From the human T2T-CHM13v2.0 reference genome, Homo sapiens, in assembly GCF_009914755.1 (NCBI RefSeq), contig NC_060929.1: a DNA stretch of 64,000 nucleotides. One strand, written 5' to 3'. The translations under genes were made by a program, and so were the position numbers. The notes below the pieces were generated by a model that had not been told where the DNA came from, made no database searches, and saw only the letters and a program-made list of their open reading frames with translations. This document shows, one piece after another, positions 59,790-64,000 of the stretch. Every line of letters starts with the position of its first letter. Position 1 is the stretch's first letter.

Positions 59790-60713
59790 TACTTCATGGT
59801 TACTTATTATTAAATTACGGAACACATAACAATGGTCTGTAGAAACAATTCTTCCAAGCTTCTAGCTTTCATTTTTGCTCTTATGGTTTATCTCCAACTG
59901 AAAAACTGCATTTTTTTTGTCACATGGAAGTATTGAAATCGTAAACAATTCAGAAGATATTAGAAAAAAGAAAGTCCGGCTGTCTATTTTGCATCTTTAA
60001 AACGTTGAGCCCAAAATATAAAGAGAAATTTTTCGTATCTCAAACATTCTCAACAGCTTCTTCCCCTCGATAACCATGTATGTCATTATGCAATAACATT
60101 TATGATCAACAACTGTGGTAAATTTTTACATAATTCACAATTTTTACTGCATCAGTAAGCATACTGATTAGGTCAGCTGACATTTTTCACAGCAAGACTT
60201 TCTCAATGAAGGAAGCAATAGATGTATATCCTAGCATAGCTTCTTAACCTACTTCATGGTTACTTATTATTAAATTATGGAACATGTAACAACGGTCTGT
60301 AGAAACGAGTCTTCCAAGTTTCTAGCTTTCATTTTTGCTCTTACGTTTTATCTCCAATTGAAAAACTGCATTTTTTGTCACATGGAAGTATTAAAATTGT
60401 AAACAATTCAGAATATATTAGGAAAAAGAAAGTCTGGCTGTCTATTTTGCATCTTTAAAACGTTGAGCCCAAAATATAAAGAGAAATTTTTCATATCTCA
60501 AACATTCTCAATAGAGTTTCTTCCCCTCGATAACCACGTATGTCATTATGCAATAACATTTGTGATCAACAACCCTGGTAAATTTTTATATAATTCACAA
60601 TTTTTACTGCATCAGTAAGCATACTGATTAGGTAAGCTGACATTTTTCACAGCAAGACTTTCTCAATGAAGGAAGCAATATGTTGATGTATATCCTAGCA
60701 TAGCCTCTTAACC
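59790..60713. repeat. ~460-bp head-to-tail tandem duplication
   Basis: TACTTCATGGTTACTTATTATTAAATT starts at 59790 and 60250; both copies end CTAGCATAGC.TCTTAACC. Confidence 0.98.
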
Positions 60714-61132
60714 TGGAATGTTTTCCTGTCATTGCAGCTGCATCACCAAATCATCCTCCTGTATAGAACTTACACTCCAAACCACATTTGTTGACAAAAA
60801 ATAGACAATTAAAAATAAAAGTGATTACAAAAAGGAATACGTTATAAAAGAAATAAATGCTTACATTTTTCTCATTTTTTGAATACATTAGGTTGCAGTT
60901 GATACATCTTAAAATATCACAAGTTGTAATACACATTAATTTTCTTTTAGGCCATTTTTAGTAGAATTAATTATTCCATCCCTGATCAATAGTATTTTAA
61001 ATAGGTTTTTGGGGGTTGACTAGTATATGTTCATTTCACCTACAAATAATAAGTGCGTCTTTTTAACATTTGTATTTCTCATTTCTTTCTCTTTCCTAAT
61101 TGTATTGAGTGCCACATCCAGAATAACATTAA

Positions 61133-61280
61133 ACTAGAATTTTTCAGCACTAATGCCATTAGGGGTCAGACAAGATTTGTTGTGGGTGCCAGGGAGGGCT
61201 GTTGTATTCACTGTAGAATATTGAGCAGCATCCCTGGCCTCTACTTAGTAGATACCAGTAGCAATATGACATGATCAAAA
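61133..61280 (+). mobile_element. MER20 fragment (hAT-Charlie)
   Basis: CACTGTAGAATATTGAGCAGCATCCCTGGCCTCTACTTAGTAGATACCAGTAGCA. Confidence 0.85.
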
Positions 61281-62001
61281 CATGAGTTGGAAGTAAGTGA
61301 GAAAGCAAAGACAGTAGATTTAGAAAGTGAATATTGAAGGGTAAGATATTGGTGAAGTATAATCCATTACTAAGCCACTTTGATATTATTTTTGAATTAT
61401 GATATGTATTTACTTACTTAGGTATCAGCTATGTAGCACAATTTTATCTATTAAAAATCTGCAGAGATAAAAACTATAGCAAAAACTATCAAAGTTGTTA
61501 TTTCTGAGTGTTGAGTTCTTAGAAAGCTTTTTAACTTTTAAAATATCTTTATATTTAGTTGAATTCATTTTTTGTAATTGAGCATACATATATTTATAAA
61601 TAATACCATTTAGAATATTAATATACATCATTTTGTAGGTGTCCCATAGTCACAATTACGTTAAAAGCTGGATCATTAGAATATCAAATAAAATATTAAA
61701 GCTCTTCATTTATGGATTATAGAAATGTCTTCTTTATATTTTCTAAATTTTTTGCAATATACATGTATTATAATGAAAAACAAAGTTACTTTTAGAAAGG
61801 AAATTTTTTGGAGATGGACCTTGATAAAAAGCCCTGAGGAATGATTTTGGAAGTAAATTGTAGAACAGAGTTATTATCTCTGGAAGTATTGTTGGGTGAC
61901 AAAAATCTGAAAATGTCCTAAATTGCCTTACAGCCAGTTTTATCTCATAGGAAACAGAGACAATGGATAGATTGTTTCCTATTATTAATACAGATTGGTG
62001 C

Positions 62002-62184
62002 CAGAACCAGCTACACAATTTTCAGAGCCCAGTGCAAAAGAAAATACTGGGCCGTTTGTTCAAAACTTATTAAGAATTTCAAGATAGCAACAGCAGAGTA
62101 TTAAAACTAAGTGGGTGGGGCCTTCTGAGCATAAGACTCTGTGCAACTGTGTAGTAAGCCACACGCCCAATAAAGCTAGTCCTT
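62002..62184. mobile_element. MER45A hAT-Tip100 MITE
   Basis: GCCCAGTGCAAAAGAAAAT...TTGTTCAAAACTTATTAAGAATTTCAAGA...CAGCAGAGTATTAAA. Confidence 0.85.
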
Positions 62185-62199
62185 CCTATATAGGATCAT

Positions 62200-63230
62200 T
62201 TGTTTATAAAAAAAGAATTGGTGGGACCTGGGAGAATACATTCATTTTACAGTTCATGGTAGCCAATGAAAAGTATGCCATAGATTTTAGAGAGATGGTC
62301 ATTAAAAAAATCAGAAAAAGTATGTATGAATTCATAGCATGTATCTTAGGCCATAGAGAGACAGAGAGGAAGTTCTTGAAAACTTTAATTTTCATTTCAA
62401 AATTGCATACGAGAAAACATAGGGCAGGTATACGAAAAAAAAAAGCTGATTATAGTGGCTTTCTCAGATGAGTTCAAATTTTAAAGAACTTGTATATGAG
62501 AGAAAAACAAGGGCATGAACCCAAAGGTGAGTGTCACAGGGTACTATAATTGTACAGAACAAGACCAGGCTTATCAAAGTTCAGAATGATCTGAGTCTTG
62601 GGGAAAAGTTTCACTCTCACACACACACACACACACACACACACGTGGGATCTTTGTAAGCTCTATTAGAACAAGAGCAAGGAAAGGATGTCAACCGCAA
62701 GTTAAGGAGTTATAGGCATAAAATGACAATGCCTGGATGGTAAAGTAGCAGGGATGCTTTTGCTCCTGTCTGACTAGCTAAATTGTGAGAGTGCTGGGTA
62801 GTGGATAGGAGGTAGCCTGAGAAAAATTTTCGGATACATTTTCCAAAACTCTTTTCTATAGTCTGTTCTTCACAACATATCAGTGACTTACATTGAGATA
62901 AAGTGGTGAATTACGTGAAAGTTTCTTGAAGCTGAGAGACAGCTAGTATTTTCAGTGAAGGAACCGTTATCTTACACAATCTTAATAACTAGAATCATAG
63001 GTCAAATTGGATAAGATGAGTAAGAATCAGTGCAAAGTTCTAATGTTTGGTCAAAAAAATCAACTGCAAAAATATAATACAAAAGAGACGTGACTTATCA
63101 ACAAAGACTTAGGTTTGTCCAACATCGATGTGATTAGGTTAATCATAGATGTATGCCATTGAATAACAAACGAGAGGACAGTGCTGTGGGCAGATCACAC
63201 CTGATGTCCTGGGTATAATTCTGAGGGTCA
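62200..63230 (+). mobile_element. L3/CR1 LINE remnant (contains (CA)n at ~62618-62644)
   Basis: GCAAAGTTCTAATGTTTGGTCAAAAAAATCAACTGCA...AAAGACTTAGG...CAGATCACACCTG resemble the end of CR1 RT; the left boundary is approximate. Confidence 0.55.
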
Positions 63231-63299
63231 AGATGGAAGACAGTGACACCTGTAAATTACAGCCACAAAGAAGAGGCTGAACATATGACTAGACTAAGC

Positions 63300-64000
<701 letters not shown>

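Larger units (their letters stand above)
59190..60800 (-). mobile_element. Charlie1-like hAT transposase fossil (catalytic region to dimerisation domain)
   Basis: Manual minus-strand translation across frameshifts gives DAAAMTGKHS, CFLH*ESLA, KIVNYIK, RWLSRG..LRMFEI and FW..KVKN*YQELDEIAL..ETCFST, typical of Charlie/Buster transposases. Confidence 0.8.

Overview
Primate (most likely human) AT-rich, repeat-dense intergenic or intronic DNA. I found no cellular protein-coding exon, RNA gene or CRISPR array, and no novel multi-gene system is supportable. The only long ORFs belong to retroelements or DNA transposons. Main content: (1) a full-length, coding-dead L1PA3-like LINE-1 (29182-35426) nested in a near-complete Tigger2 DNA transposon; (2) a nested old-L1 cluster (38-48.6 kb) containing a solo HERV-W LTR17 and a twin-primed 5'-inverted L1PA; (3) solo LTRs (LTR8 x2, MER50, THE1, MLT1/2); (4) about ten Alus, including a very young AluY; (5) a Charlie1-like hAT transposase fossil carrying a ~460-bp tandem duplication. 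The most interesting non-catalogue signals are a ~225-bp orphan polyadenylated retro-insertion with target-site duplication (TSD) at 8560-8784, an inverted ~140-bp copy of an LTR/L1 junction at 45607-45744, a complex templated-insertion scar at 40056-40142, and a 68-bp tandem duplication in the L1 5'UTR. Family and subfamily names come from recalled consensus sequences, not a database search, and identity values are by-eye estimates.
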